In this document: positions 10,432-20,908 of the stretch, one piece after another
How the letters are laid out: the number at the start of each line of letters is the position of its first letter
Numbering within the stretch: the first letter of the stretch is position 1
Assembly (NCBI GenBank): GCA_039028615.1
Contig: JBCCHT010000017.1
Coordinates: forward strand, 64,001 to 128,000
Direction: 5' to 3'
Length of the DNA stretch: 64,000 nucleotides
Source of the DNA: Myxococcota bacterium
GTDB taxonomy: Bacteria > Myxococcota_A > Polyangia > Nannocystales > Nannocystaceae
Position numbers and translations under genes: made by a program
The notes under the pieces: generated by a model
Told to the model about the DNA's origin: nothing
The model's input: only the letters and a program-made list of their open reading frames with translations
The model's database searches: none

Positions 10432-11580
10432 ATGGACGTTCACCAGCACCTGCGAGCCCTCCTCGCCCCGCTCACCGTGGGGGAGGACGTGCTGCCCGGG
10501 GTGAAGCTGGATGGAACCTCGACCGAGCTGGGCATCCGGCTGCGGCTCAAGGCCGGCGAGCAGCGCATCTGGATCGACGTCACCCCCGTCGATCGCACCC
10601 CACGATGGGCGGCGCGCTCGAAGCTGCTGGCGATCAGCTACCGCGACGAGGGCGGCCACAACGTCGTCGACCAGAAGCTCGGGCTGGCGGTCTGCCAGCG
10701 AATCGCGGGCATCATCGCGGGCAACGAAGACGCGGTCATCGAGGCCTTGCGCGAAGAAGCGGCGGCCGAGGCCCCCGTCGATGCGCGCATTCGCGAGGTG
10801 TTCGTCCCCACCGCGCTCGATGCCGCGGGCCCGGCCGACAATCCCTACTACACCATCAACCCCTACGTCGGCTGCGTGATCGGGTGTCGGTTCTGCTACG
10901 CGCAGACCACCCTCGGGCTCATGCGGCAGATGATGGGGCTGGTCGAAGTGCCGTGGGGCAGCTGGGTGGAGGTCCGGGCCAACCTGCCCGAGGTGCTGAG
11001 CGAAGAGCTGGCGCGGCTCCCTCCCCGACCGATCAAGTTCTGCCCCATTGTCGGCGACGCCTACCAGGCCGTGGAGAAGAAGCACTGCATCACGCAGCGC
11101 TGCCTCGAGGCCATTCGCGACAGCGGACGCCCCTGGCCCACGCTCATCCTCACTCGCTCCACGCTCATGGCGCGAGACCTCGAGCTGATGGCCACCCTGC
11201 CCGCACCCTGGGCCGGCGTCTCGCTCCCCACCGTCGACGACGAGGTCCGCAAGCACTTCGAGCCCCGGGCGTCGAGCGTGCCCGAGCGCCTCGAGCTGCT
11301 GGCCACCCTCCGCAAGGCCGGCATCAAGACGGTCGCGGTGGTGCAGCCGCTGTTCGCCGGCCCCTTGGAAGAGCTCGCGGATACCCTGGCCGAGTACGTC
11401 GACGGGGTCTCCTGGGACGTGCTGCGCGGGGAGGAAGGCGCGGAGAAGGACTTCGACGATCCACGCTTCGAGCAGACGCGCACCGAGGACTGGCAGCGCG
11501 ACCGCGCCATCGCCATGCTCGGGATGCTGAAAGATCGCGGCGTGGCCGTGTGGGATTCCGACCTCCCGCCGCAGCCCTGA
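10432..11580 (+). CDS. radical SAM protein, spore-photoproduct-lyase/Rv2578c-like, with N-terminal shared accessory domain
   Basis: INPYVGCVIGCRFCYA, DAYQAVE, ILTRS, FEPRASSVPERL. GGAGG RBS before ATG 10432. Confidence 0.88.
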   Translation: MDVHQHLRALLAPLTVGEDVLPGVKLDGTSTELGIRLRLKAGEQRIWIDVTPVDRTPRWAARSKLLAISYRDEGGHNVVDQKLGLAVCQRIAGIIAGNEDAVIEALREEAAAEAPVDARIREVFVPTALDAAGPADNPYYTINPYVGCVIGCRFCYAQTTLGLMRQMMGLVEVPWGSWVEVRANLPEVLSEELARLPPRPIKFCPIVGDAYQAVEKKHCITQRCLEAIRDSGRPWPTLILTRSTLMARDLELMATLPAPWAGVSLPTVDDEVRKHFEPRASSVPERLELLATLRKAGIKTVAVVQPLFAGPLEELADTLAEYVDGVSWDVLRGEEGAEKDFDDPRFEQTRTEDWQRDRAIAMLGMLKDRGVAVWDSDLPPQP

Positions 11581-11595
11581 TCCCCGCTCGCAGGC

Positions 11596-13308
11596 TCAGC
11601 TTCGATCGAGGCGCACGAGGCGAATGGCCGGGACGCCATCGCCGTCGACCCCCACCGCGAAGTCGCCTTCGAGGGTCACGGTGACGCCGGCTCGCTCGGC
11701 GGCGCGGGTCATGGCTCCCTCATAGGCCCCCGCGTTGCCCTCGTCTCGCACGGTGACCGCCGCGGGCAGCACGATGCGAGCCGGCAGCGCTCCCGGGTAG
11801 TCCATGAGCAGCCCGAAGCGCGTGTCGACACACTCCATGTCGCCGTTGGGGCAGCTGTTGAAGACTCGCTCGAGGCGAACGGTGGACAGCTCGCCGCGCC
11901 CCAGTGAATCGATGACCCCCGCGAGGTTGTAGTAAGTCGTGTAGAGGGTCGCGTCTGGATCGGGATGCTCCATCAGGTACGTCATCAGGCGCTGCTCGGC
12001 CCGCGCATTGATGGGCATCGGCACGTCGTCGATGTCGCTCAGGCGGCTGTAGATCGCGTGGGTCAGCCCGAACATGAACAGGGACGCGATCGCGATGGAC
12101 GCCCGCACGGGGTTGCCGAAGCCGGCGACGTTCTTGTCCCCGAGCCATCGCACGAAGGAGGTGATCGCGGTCGCGATGGTGATGGCGAAGATCCCCTGCA
12201 GCGGGGCGTAGTTGGCCCCCTGGGGCTTGTTGTAGAGCTTCAGGCTGATGACGATGAACGCGACGATCAGCAGCCCCGAGATGGCCTCGACCGGGTGCCC
12301 GCCGCGGGAGAGCATCACCCGGACCGCCTGCACCACCACGTAGATCATGCACAGGCCGATGAGGGCCCCGGTGAGGATGCCGATGACGCCCAGCGGCTCC
12401 CAGTCGGGGCTCGAGTACGAGGCAGTGTCCGACGCGAAGCGGATGACGTTGAGCAACTCGCGGCCCACGTCGGCCAGGGTCGTCGAGCGCGAGAAGAACG
12501 AGGTGCGGTTGGAGACCTGCTGGTTGAGCCGGTCACCGCTGAAGACCACAGCGGGCCCCCACAGCGGAATCAGGCCGATCACGAAGCCCACCGCCGCCTT
12601 GCCCACGTCGCCGCGCGTCACCCGTTGCAGGGCCTTCACCCGCCAGGCGACGGCTACGATGATCGTCAACAGGAACACCGCCTTGACGTTCGAGGCGGTG
12701 GCGAGACCGATGAGCAGCCCGGTGAGCCAGGGCCGCCGCGGCGTGGTGTTGCCCTTGGGCCCCAGGACCACCAGCGCGGCCATCAGGATGAGCAGCCACG
12801 GCGCGACCTCGAACTGCAGCAGCGTGGCGTGCAGCAGGATGAACACGGGGCTCACCGCCATCACCAGGGTCGTGATGCCCGCGGTGAGCTCGTCCTGCAG
12901 GCGGCTGACCACGCGGTGGACGAGGAACAGCGAGAACAAGCCGACGAGCAAGACCCATCGGCGCAGGCCGATCACCGTGCCGTCGTGCAGCGGCCAGCCC
13001 AGCAGCGCGTGCCAGTGCGGAATGCCCGACGCGTACGACGCGATGAGCACGGGCAGCGTCAGCCCACCTACGCACACCGCGAGCTGCGGTCGCCCCTTCG
13101 AGGACACGGTGTCCGGCGGATCCTCGTCGGCACACGACGGCTCCAGCTCGAGCTGCTCCGTCTGCGGGTTCATCACCAGGACTCGGGCCGGCCGCGTGGG
13201 GAAGGTCGAGATCTCCTCGTGGTGTGCCGGCGTGCGTCCCGAGGTCCAGATGCCCAGCGCGAGGAAGAGCAGCCAGGACACGACGAGCAGCACGGGCACG
13301 CGACGCAT
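11596..13308 (-). CDS. GT-C-like (ArnT/PMT-type) multi-pass membrane glycosyltransferase
   Basis: N-terminal TM, an acidic motif (HHEE) in the first loop, many hydrophobic segments (GLLIGLATASNVK) and a soluble C-terminal domain. Confidence 0.7.
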   Translation of the reverse strand: MRRVPVLLVVSWLLFLALGIWTSGRTPAHHEEISTFPTRPARVLVMNPQTEQLELEPSCADEDPPDTVSSKGRPQLAVCVGGLTLPVLIASYASGIPHWHALLGWPLHDGTVIGLRRWVLLVGLFSLFLVHRVVSRLQDELTAGITTLVMAVSPVFILLHATLLQFEVAPWLLILMAALVVLGPKGNTTPRRPWLTGLLIGLATASNVKAVFLLTIIVAVAWRVKALQRVTRGDVGKAAVGFVIGLIPLWGPAVVFSGDRLNQQVSNRTSFFSRSTTLADVGRELLNVIRFASDTASYSSPDWEPLGVIGILTGALIGLCMIYVVVQAVRVMLSRGGHPVEAISGLLIVAFIVISLKLYNKPQGANYAPLQGIFAITIATAITSFVRWLGDKNVAGFGNPVRASIAIASLFMFGLTHAIYSRLSDIDDVPMPINARAEQRLMTYLMEHPDPDATLYTTYYNLAGVIDSLGRGELSTVRLERVFNSCPNGDMECVDTRFGLLMDYPGALPARIVLPAAVTVRDEGNAGAYEGAMTRAAERAGVTVTLEGDFAVGVDGDGVPAIRLVRLDRS

Positions 13309-13429
13309 CAGGGACGACACGATCACCCGCTTAGCACAAAACCCCTGCCCGAGGGGGCGAACAGTGCGGCGGGACGGCACCCGAGGCCCCATTCGACCGC
13401 GGTCGGCGAGACGTACTAATCTGGGGGTC

Positions 13430-14218
13430 GTGAGTGCGACCGCTTCGAGCTTGGGCCAGGCCGATGCCGAGGCTCTGACCGCGCTGCGGGAGCAGGGCTA
13501 CTGGGTCTTCGAGCACGCGTACTCCCCCGAAGAGGTGGCCTTTTTTCGCGACCTGCTCATGGGCGAGTGGGACAAGCTGGGGCGACCAGCTCTGGCCGCG
13601 AGCCCTCCCGTGCGACCGGCGGACAACGTCGAGGTGGGGCCGGCGGGGATCATCTTCCACGGACTGTCGAGCGCGTACCCGCAGGTCGTTCCGCGGCTAT
13701 ACAAGCCGAACATCATCGCGACCATGCGCGGCCTGCTGGGCGAGGGCATGCGCCTGGAGCTTCCGGCCGGGGTCCTGAGCGACGAGACGCGCCCCTTCTT
13801 CGACTGGCACACGCACATCGACGGGGTCGACGACGCGCACTACGACAACAAGCGCCCCTTCTCCGATTTCGAGACCTCCGCTCGGGTCACGCACCTGCTC
13901 TATCTCGACGATCTCGACGAAGACAACGGGCCCCTGCTGGTGCTGCCACGCAAGATCACCGACCCGACCCCGCCGCCCTACGAGACGACCCAGAACTACT
14001 GGCCGGGCCAGGTCGAGATCAACTGCCCAGCGGGCAGTGTGGTGGTGATCGAGCAGTGCACCTGGCATGCCGCCTACCAGAAGAAAGAGCCCGGGATTCG
14101 GGCCTTCGTGGGCAGCTACTTCCGGGCCGCGCATGCTCCCGCCACCCCGCTGACCGATCCCAAGCTCGCCGAGTGGGACGGGGACGACCCCCTCTTCGCT
14201 TCGCTGGTCGGACCCTAG
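13430..14218 (+). CDS. PhyH-family Fe(II)/2OG dioxygenase-like protein (H-x-H variant)
   Basis: LREQGY, WHTH, YLDDLDEDNGPLLVLP, CPAGSVV, TWHAA, R. GTG 13430 is preceded by TAATCT-N7. Confidence 0.85.
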   Translation: MSATASSLGQADAEALTALREQGYWVFEHAYSPEEVAFFRDLLMGEWDKLGRPALAASPPVRPADNVEVGPAGIIFHGLSSAYPQVVPRLYKPNIIATMRGLLGEGMRLELPAGVLSDETRPFFDWHTHIDGVDDAHYDNKRPFSDFETSARVTHLLYLDDLDEDNGPLLVLPRKITDPTPPPYETTQNYWPGQVEINCPAGSVVVIEQCTWHAAYQKKEPGIRAFVGSYFRAAHAPATPLTDPKLAEWDGDDPLFASLVGP

Positions 14219-14230
14219 AGCGTCTTGCCC

Positions 14231-16093
14231 ATGACTCGGCCGGTCTCGAAATCGCGACTGTGCCTGCTGGTGTTCTTGCTCGGCATCGTCGGGCTGGCGT
14301 TGTCGAGTCTGTGGGTGCCGGCCGAGGCCGAGCCGCGCACCGAGACGGCGAGCGCCGAGCCCGATGCTCCGGCGATCGCGACGATCCCCGCGTGCCGCGA
14401 TCCCAGCGGACCCGAGCGACCGGTGATTCAGCCGGGGCGCGAGGTCGCCATGCTCGATTGGATTGCACCGCTGAGAGAAGGCGGCGTCGGGGGGCTGTCC
14501 GTCCACGGGGTGAGCCTGGCGAGTGATCACCTGCAGATCCGCCTGGAGGGCGACGTCGCGGGCGAGTGCGCCTTGCCGCGCTGGTCCGGCACCGCGGGGG
14601 TGCTCGCGATCGGCTGCGGAGGGCTGGATCTCGAGGGCCTGCCGCCGCCCGAGGGGCAGGCCCAGCACGGCGACTTCGTCAGCGCCTGGTGGAGGTGCGA
14701 CCGCTCGACGCCCTTCGACGGCCAGCAAAGCCTCGAGTCCCTCGCCGCCCGCTACGACGGCGACATCTGGGGCACGACCCTCGACGCCAGCGTCCCGACC
14801 TCGGAGAGCCCGTCCAGTGCCGTCCCCGAGGGGTGGGATGTGTCCGAGCCGGTGTCCGTGTCGAGTCAGGGCATCTTGGGCCCCGCCGCGCAGGCGCTGG
14901 GGTCGTCCCCGTCGGCGGTGATGCAGTGGACCTTCGTGCTCGGCGCGTTGGTATCGCTGGTCGCGTTCATCGTCCTCGGCGATGCGAGCACGCCACCCGC
15001 CGCGAGCTCGGACGCCGACCCACCGAGCTCGCGAAGGCAGCCGCTCATCACCCTCCTCGTGCTCGTCGCGGTGGTGCTGGCTGCGGTCGCCCTGCGCGGC
15101 TGGCTCGGCTCGTCGGCGGTTCTCGACAGCGACGAAGACGTGTGGGGCCGCGCCTCGCAGCTCCCCGTGTTCGCCGACGACCACGACGCCTGGGTGCACC
15201 CGCCGCTCTATCGGCTCCTTCAGCACCGCTGGTCCGCATTCGCCTTCGACCGCGCCGCCTCCTCGATCGCATGGCTACGCGGCCCGAGCATGGTGGCCAG
15301 CATGATCGCCGCCGCGACAGTCGCCGCACTCGCGTGGTTCCGCGGCTCGAAGCCGGTGGGGCTGCTCGTGCTCGGCCTGTGCGTGGGCAGCCCCGTGCTC
15401 GCAGAAGCCGGAGTCATCGCGCGCCCCTACGGTCTCGCTTCGATGCTCTTCGCCGTGGTGCTGCTCGCCCTGCACGGTCGCGAAGACCGTCCCTCGTGGC
15501 CCAGCGCCACGCTCGCGGCCGGCCTCGTCCTGTGGTGTGACCTGCTCTACGGGGCGGCCGCACTGCTGCTGGTCGTGCTCGAGCTGGTGCGACGACAACG
15601 ATCCCGCGAGCATCGATCGTGGCCGACCATGGCGTGGGTCGCCTTTGCGCTCGGGCTATGGAGCGCACCGCTGCTGCCGGGGGCACTCCACCCCGCCCGA
15701 GCCGACAGCACGCTGATCCACAGCGGCGATCGAGCATCCGAGGACAACCCCGATCTGCGCCCGGAAGATCCGATGACCACGCGCGCCGCGACCGTGGCCT
15801 CGTTCGCGGGCTGGGACCTGGGCGCGCCCGTCGGCCTCGCGAGCGCGGTGGGACTCGTCGCGCTGTGCATCGCTCGCCGCCGATCGGAGCCCGCGCTCCT
15901 GCTGGGCGTCGCCTGCTTGGCGGCGGGGGCCGCCGCGGCCGTAGTGGAATTGCGCCCGCGGAACATCTTGTTCGTGCCCTTGGCCACCACCGCGGCGTGG
16001 CTGGTGCTGCTCGACTCGCAGCTCAGACCACGCGACCGCCCGATTGACGCGAAACCCGAACCAAAGCCCACGGACGCCGACGAAGCGTACTAA
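14231..16093 (+). CDS. GT-C-like membrane protein with exported N-terminal accessory domain
   Basis: Signal/TM N-terminus, then LDSDED...HPPLY...LRGPS...ARPY motifs typical of PMT/ArnT-like GT-C proteins, and many TMs. Confidence 0.75.
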   Translation: MTRPVSKSRLCLLVFLLGIVGLALSSLWVPAEAEPRTETASAEPDAPAIATIPACRDPSGPERPVIQPGREVAMLDWIAPLREGGVGGLSVHGVSLASDHLQIRLEGDVAGECALPRWSGTAGVLAIGCGGLDLEGLPPPEGQAQHGDFVSAWWRCDRSTPFDGQQSLESLAARYDGDIWGTTLDASVPTSESPSSAVPEGWDVSEPVSVSSQGILGPAAQALGSSPSAVMQWTFVLGALVSLVAFIVLGDASTPPAASSDADPPSSRRQPLITLLVLVAVVLAAVALRGWLGSSAVLDSDEDVWGRASQLPVFADDHDAWVHPPLYRLLQHRWSAFAFDRAASSIAWLRGPSMVASMIAAATVAALAWFRGSKPVGLLVLGLCVGSPVLAEAGVIARPYGLASMLFAVVLLALHGREDRPSWPSATLAAGLVLWCDLLYGAAALLLVVLELVRRQRSREHRSWPTMAWVAFALGLWSAPLLPGALHPARADSTLIHSGDRASEDNPDLRPEDPMTTRAATVASFAGWDLGAPVGLASAVGLVALCIARRRSEPALLLGVACLAAGAAAAVVELRPRNILFVPLATTAAWLVLLDSQLRPRDRPIDAKPEPKPTDADEAY

Positions 16094-16156
16094 CCTTGGA
16101 GAGCATGAGCGCAGCCGCCTCGAGCACGGACCCGGGGGTCGAACGGTAGTCGAGCC

Positions 16157-18001
16157 ATGGACGTCGTCCGCGTCGAAACCAACCGCTCGTGCTCGCTCCG
16201 TTGTAGCCACTGCTCCTGCTCGACCCGCGAGGACCCGGCCATCGTGCGTGGTGCTCCGCGAGCCATCGCGGAGGCGCTGCGCGACGACCCGCGCGTCCTC
16301 GTGTTCAGCGGCGGCGAGCCTCTGCGACGCCGCGATCTCGAGCGACTGGTGGCCTTCGCCAAGCGCAGCCGCAGCGCCGACCAAGAGACGGCCGAGCTCG
16401 GCCCCCGCGAGCGACGACAGGTGCTCCTCGAGACCTCGGCCGTCGGGCTCACCGAGCCTCGGGCCCAGTCGCTGCGCGAGGCGGGCGTCGATCGTCTGCG
16501 CGTGCGGCTGCCGGGATGGGGCCCCGTGTACGACCAGATCACGGGGATCCGCGGCAGCTTTGCCTTGGCCCTGGCCGGCATGAAGGCGGCGACCGCAGCC
16601 GGGCTCCCGCTCGAGGCCGAGGTCCCGGTGCTGCGCGCCAACCTCGACACCCTCGCGAAGCTACCGGCCCAGCTGCGAGAGCAAGACCTCGAGCTTTCCA
16701 CGCTGTGGCTGCGACTGCCTGGGTCAGACCCCGATCCCGTCCGGCTGCGCGACGCGGTGACGGCCATCGACGAGACGGCGACCGCCCTGCGAGCTCTTCC
16801 GCCCCCCCGCCGCGACGACGCCCACCCCACGCGGTTGCGCTTGGCCGCGGGAGGGCTGCCGCCGCCGTGCATGTTCGACCGCCCCGACCGCGTCGCGCAT
16901 GCCTATGCGCTCGACCGCGGCGCAACCTCGCAACCCGGCTACGCGCGGCGACCGGGCTGCGAGGGCTGCACCATCGAAGATCGCTGCCCCGGCTTCCCCA
17001 CCCGCGCCCTCGAGCGCGAGCCCGACCTCGAGCCCGCCCCGATCACCACCCAGCGAATCCGCCGCAAGCTCTCCGTGGTGCGAGGCGTCGACGACCAGAT
17101 CGCCCGCGAGCTGGTCAGCCGCGAGCCCGGCCGCGACATCGCGGGCAATTCCTGGCTGGTGCACACCATCCGGGTTCAGTTCGCGTGCAACCAGGCCTGC
17201 GAGTTCTGTTTCGTCTCCACCCACTTGCCCAACCCGCCCCACGCCGCGGTCCTGGCCGCCATCGATCAAGCCGCCCGCGAGGGGGCCCACATCGCGCTGT
17301 CCGGCGGCGAGCCGACCCTCAACCCGCGGCTGCCCGAGTACCTGCGTCACGCCAAGAACGCGGGCATCCCCTCCATCGAGCTGCAGACCAACGCCATTCG
17401 CCTCGCCGACCCGCAGCTCGCCCAGACGGTGATCGAGGCCGGGGTCGACACCGCCTTCGTCTCGTTGCACGGCAGCCGGCCCGAGATCTGCGACCCCGTC
17501 ACCGGAGCGCCCGGCACCTGGGCAAAGACGGTGGCCGGAGTCGACCAGCTCGCCCGCCTCGGTGTCCGCACTCGGCTCAACTTCGTGATGTGCCAGACCA
17601 ACGCCCACGATTTCCGCGCCACCGTGGAGCTGGTGGCCGAGCGCTGGCCCGACTTCGATCTCACCTTCTCGTTCGTCTCGCCCTCGACCGATCTCGTCCC
17701 GCGGACCTCCGAGCTCATCCCTCGCTACTCCGACGTCACCGAGCCGCTCCTCGACGGGCTCCGTCGCGCGCGCGAGCTGAACCTGCGCGTCGCGGGATTC
17801 GAATCGATGTGCTCGATCCCCCTGTGCCTCAAACCCGATGGCCTCGACGACTACGAGCAACTGGAGCAGATCGGCGAGCCCGGCGAAGATTTCGAGAAGC
17901 CTCCGGTGTGCGAGGACTGCCGGGAGCGCACGCGATGTTGGGGTCTGCGCCGCGGCTACCTGAGCCTCTACGGTGCAACGGAGCTGCGGCCCCTGTCGTA
18001 A
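16157..18001 (+). CDS. tandem double radical SAM protein (HxsC-like x2)
   Basis: CSLRCSHC/SGGEP and CNQACEFC/SGGEP. Each domain is followed by CxxCx5CxG (CEGCTIEDRCPG; CEDCRERTRCWG). Confidence 0.92.
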   Translation: MDVVRVETNRSCSLRCSHCSCSTREDPAIVRGAPRAIAEALRDDPRVLVFSGGEPLRRRDLERLVAFAKRSRSADQETAELGPRERRQVLLETSAVGLTEPRAQSLREAGVDRLRVRLPGWGPVYDQITGIRGSFALALAGMKAATAAGLPLEAEVPVLRANLDTLAKLPAQLREQDLELSTLWLRLPGSDPDPVRLRDAVTAIDETATALRALPPPRRDDAHPTRLRLAAGGLPPPCMFDRPDRVAHAYALDRGATSQPGYARRPGCEGCTIEDRCPGFPTRALEREPDLEPAPITTQRIRRKLSVVRGVDDQIARELVSREPGRDIAGNSWLVHTIRVQFACNQACEFCFVSTHLPNPPHAAVLAAIDQAAREGAHIALSGGEPTLNPRLPEYLRHAKNAGIPSIELQTNAIRLADPQLAQTVIEAGVDTAFVSLHGSRPEICDPVTGAPGTWAKTVAGVDQLARLGVRTRLNFVMCQTNAHDFRATVELVAERWPDFDLTFSFVSPSTDLVPRTSELIPRYSDVTEPLLDGLRRARELNLRVAGFESMCSIPLCLKPDGLDDYEQLEQIGEPGEDFEKPPVCEDCRERTRCWGLRRGYLSLYGATELRPLS

Positions 18002-18074
18002 ATCGACAAAAGCGGAGCCATTACCGCAGCTTGCAGTTGACGCCACTACCCCGGCATGGGACTACTGATATGGG

Positions 18075-19085
18075 ATGGGAGCAGCGAAATCGTGGGCCAC
18101 GACGGCGCATTCGGTCGGCTCGGTGGCGCGCTTCCTCGCCGCCCGAGCCGTCGACGGCAAGCACCCGCTCGCGGTCACGCTGTGCCTCACCAATCGCTGC
18201 AATTTCCGCTGTGTCTACTGCCACATGCCGGGGACCAAGCGGGATGAGCTGACCACCGAAGAGTGGTGCTCGGCCATCGACCAGTTCCGCGCGGGGGGGA
18301 TGATCCGCTGCAGCCTCATGGGAGGCGAGCCGCTGCTCCGCAAAGACGTGGGCGAGATCATCGATCACCTCGTGTCGCACGGCGTGCACTCGGCCATGAA
18401 CACCAACGGCTGGCTGGTCGAGCACAAGCTCGACGACGTCGCCAAGCTGAACCTGGTCTGCATCGGCCTCGACGGACCCAAAGAGATCCACGACGTCCAG
18501 CGCCAGCGCAAAGGCTCCTTCGAAAAGGCCGTGCGCGCCATCGAGCTGCTCCGCGGTCGCGGCGTCGAGGTGGTGACCATGTCACCGGTCACCCCCGGGA
18601 GCATCGATCACATCGACGAGATGATCGACATGGCGCGCGACATGGGCTTCCGCGCCGGCTTCCAGATCGAGCACGACGCCGACTGTGACGTCCGCAATCC
18701 CATCGGGCCCGGGCTGACCGACGAGCGACTCGCCGAGCTCGCCCGTCACCTCGCCACCCGCAAGGCCGAGGGGGCGCCCATCGCCATCTCCGGCACCTTC
18801 CTGTCCGCCTTCGCCAAGCGAGGCCGCCGCATGCTCTCGTCGTGTGCCGAGTGCCGCGTGCCTCGGCACTCCTGCATGGTGCGCCCCGACGGCATGGTGG
18901 TCCCCTGCTTCCTCACCCAGCACCAGGGGCCCATGATCTCCGGGGCCGAGCTGGGCTATCTCCGGGCGTTCCACGAGCTCGCACAACCGGCGGACGCGAG
19001 CTGCTCGTCGCAACCCCTGATGGAGATGAACTTTCTCCTCGGCCTGAAGCCCGCCGCCGTTCTCAACGCACTGAGGCTGACATGA
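18075..19085 (+). CDS. radical SAM protein with SPASM/twitch-like C-terminus (paralog 1)
   Basis: LTNRCNFRCVYC, MGGEP, MNTNG, C...VRPDGMVVPC. Confidence 0.92.
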   Translation: MGAAKSWATTAHSVGSVARFLAARAVDGKHPLAVTLCLTNRCNFRCVYCHMPGTKRDELTTEEWCSAIDQFRAGGMIRCSLMGGEPLLRKDVGEIIDHLVSHGVHSAMNTNGWLVEHKLDDVAKLNLVCIGLDGPKEIHDVQRQRKGSFEKAVRAIELLRGRGVEVVTMSPVTPGSIDHIDEMIDMARDMGFRAGFQIEHDADCDVRNPIGPGLTDERLAELARHLATRKAEGAPIAISGTFLSAFAKRGRRMLSSCAECRVPRHSCMVRPDGMVVPCFLTQHQGPMISGAELGYLRAFHELAQPADASCSSQPLMEMNFLLGLKPAAVLNALRLT

Positions 19086-20098
19086 GCAAGCACCTCAAGA
19101 CCATCTCCGAGATGGCCAGCTTGGCGCTGCCCTTTGGTCGCTACGTCGCCTCGCGGGTCCGGGGCGGCAAGATTCCCCTGGCCGTCACGCTCTCGCTGAC
19201 CAACCGCTGCAACTTCCGCTGCGTCTACTGCAACGTGCCCGATCTCGCCGCGGGCGAGATGGACACCCAGGAGTGGCAGCACTGCATCGACGAGCTCGCC
19301 GCCGCGGGCATGATCCGCGCCAGCGTCATGGGGGGTGAGCCGCTGCTGCGCAAGGACTGCGGCGCCGTCATCCGCCACCTCAAGCATCGGGGCGTGCACG
19401 CCTCCATGAACACCAACGGCTGGCTCGTCGAAAACCGCATCGAAGACGTCGCGCTGCTCGACGTCGTCTGCGTGAGCATCGACGGCCCCAAGGAAGTGCA
19501 CGACACCCAGCGACGCAAGGGCTCCTACGACCGCGTCGTGCGGGCGATCGAGCTATCGATGTCTCGCGGGGTCCAGGTCGTCACCATGACGGTGGTGACC
19601 CCCAAGAGCCGCAAGACCATCGACTTCGTGCTGCAGATGGCCAAGGAGATGGGCTTCCGCGCTCACTTCCACCTCGAGCACGACGCCGACTGCGACACCA
19701 ACAAGCCCATCTCGCCCGACATCGACGATGCGGGCGTGGCCGACCTCGCGCGGCTCTTGCTGCAGCGCAAGGACGAGGGCTACCCGGTCGGCCCCTCGCG
19801 CACCTACTTGAACGCGCTGGCCTCCAAGGGCCGTCGGCTCCACAGCTGCAGCGACTGCTTCGCCTCGCGCTACTTCTGCCACGTCATGCCCGACGGGATC
19901 GTGGTGCCCTGCCTGCTGACGCACCGCACCCCGGGCGCCGTGTCGGGCCGCGACCTCGGCTACGTGGAGGCGCTCCAGCAGCTGCCGCAGCCCACCGATG
20001 CCGGGTGCTCCTGCGAGCCGCTGCAAGAGATGAACATGATGCTCGGCGGACGGCCCGAGGTCGTGATGAACGCGTTCGGGCTCGCGACGCGGGGCTGA
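19082..20098 (+). CDS. radical SAM protein with SPASM/twitch-like C-terminus (paralog 2)
   Basis: LTNRCNFRCVYC, MGGEP, MNTNG, C...VMPDGIVVPC. ATGA overlap with the upstream paralog fixes the start at 19082. Confidence 0.92.
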   Translation: MSKHLKTISEMASLALPFGRYVASRVRGGKIPLAVTLSLTNRCNFRCVYCNVPDLAAGEMDTQEWQHCIDELAAAGMIRASVMGGEPLLRKDCGAVIRHLKHRGVHASMNTNGWLVENRIEDVALLDVVCVSIDGPKEVHDTQRRKGSYDRVVRAIELSMSRGVQVVTMTVVTPKSRKTIDFVLQMAKEMGFRAHFHLEHDADCDTNKPISPDIDDAGVADLARLLLQRKDEGYPVGPSRTYLNALASKGRRLHSCSDCFASRYFCHVMPDGIVVPCLLTHRTPGAVSGRDLGYVEALQQLPQPTDAGCSCEPLQEMNMMLGGRPEVVMNAFGLATRG

Positions 20099-20107
20099 GC
20101 CCTCGCT

Positions 20108-20887
20108 TCAGATCAAGCCGACCGCCGTCGCCAGGCAGCCCAGGATGAAGTGGGCCACGCAGACGCCCACGAGGCTGCGCTGGCGTCGGTAGAGCAGGCC
20201 GAAGCCCCAGCCCGCCACCAGGGTCAGGGCGGTGATCGTCCACCCGAAGGGCAGGTGCATGCTGGCGAAGACCACCGAAGCCAGACCCACCGAGACGAGA
20301 CCGCGACGGTCGCTGAGCAGCTCTTCGAGGCAGGTGACGAACATCCCGCGGAAGACCAGCTCCTGGAGCACCACCGAGACCATGTAGGCCGCCGCGAAGG
20401 GCGAGGTGGCGAACTCCAGCACGGTGGTGACGATGGGCAGGTCGGGCTGGGCGTGGGCCACCGCCAAGACGATGACCAGGCCCGCCAGCGCCCCCTCGGC
20501 GGCCCCGATCGCGCCGCGGTGCAGGTTCAGCCCGAAGCTGCGGAGCGGTCGCCCCATGATCTTGGGGGTCGCGATCGCAGCGGCGAGGGTCGAGAGCCCG
20601 AGCCCCACGAGCGAGAACACGTAGACGGGCACGACCGCGACGATCTCGTCGAACGCGGCGCCCATGAGGTTCTGGAACACCTGCAGCAAGGCGACGAGCA
20701 CGAAGAAGTGGCCGAGGCGAGCACGGAGGATCGCCTCGTCCCGCTCGACGGGTGCCGGGGCGACCCGGACCTCTTCGCGACGCCGCAGCTCGGGCACGAA
20801 GGGAAAGGTGGAGGAGGTCGCGACCGCGAAGGCCCCGGACATCCCGGCCTGCGCCATCACGAGGGTGTTTCCCGTGTTCGACATCAT
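20108..20887 (-). CDS. CPBP (CAAX/Abi) family intramembrane glutamic endopeptidase
   Basis: QELVFRG, FASMH and VAHF motifs (first E of the EE pair is replaced by Q), multiple TMs. Confidence 0.85.
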   Translation of the reverse strand: MMSNTGNTLVMAQAGMSGAFAVATSSTFPFVPELRRREEVRVAPAPVERDEAILRARLGHFFVLVALLQVFQNLMGAAFDEIVAVVPVYVFSLVGLGLSTLAAAIATPKIMGRPLRSFGLNLHRGAIGAAEGALAGLVIVLAVAHAQPDLPIVTTVLEFATSPFAAAYMVSVVLQELVFRGMFVTCLEELLSDRRGLVSVGLASVVFASMHLPFGWTITALTLVAGWGFGLLYRRQRSLVGVCVAHFILGCLATAVGLI

Positions 20888-20908
20888 AGGGCTCCGTCGG
20901 CGGCAGGC

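Noticed and set aside
12347..13429. 5' extension of the 623-aa ORF containing PhyH
   Set aside because: Antisense to the membrane-protein gene. The start at 13430 fits the paralog's length.
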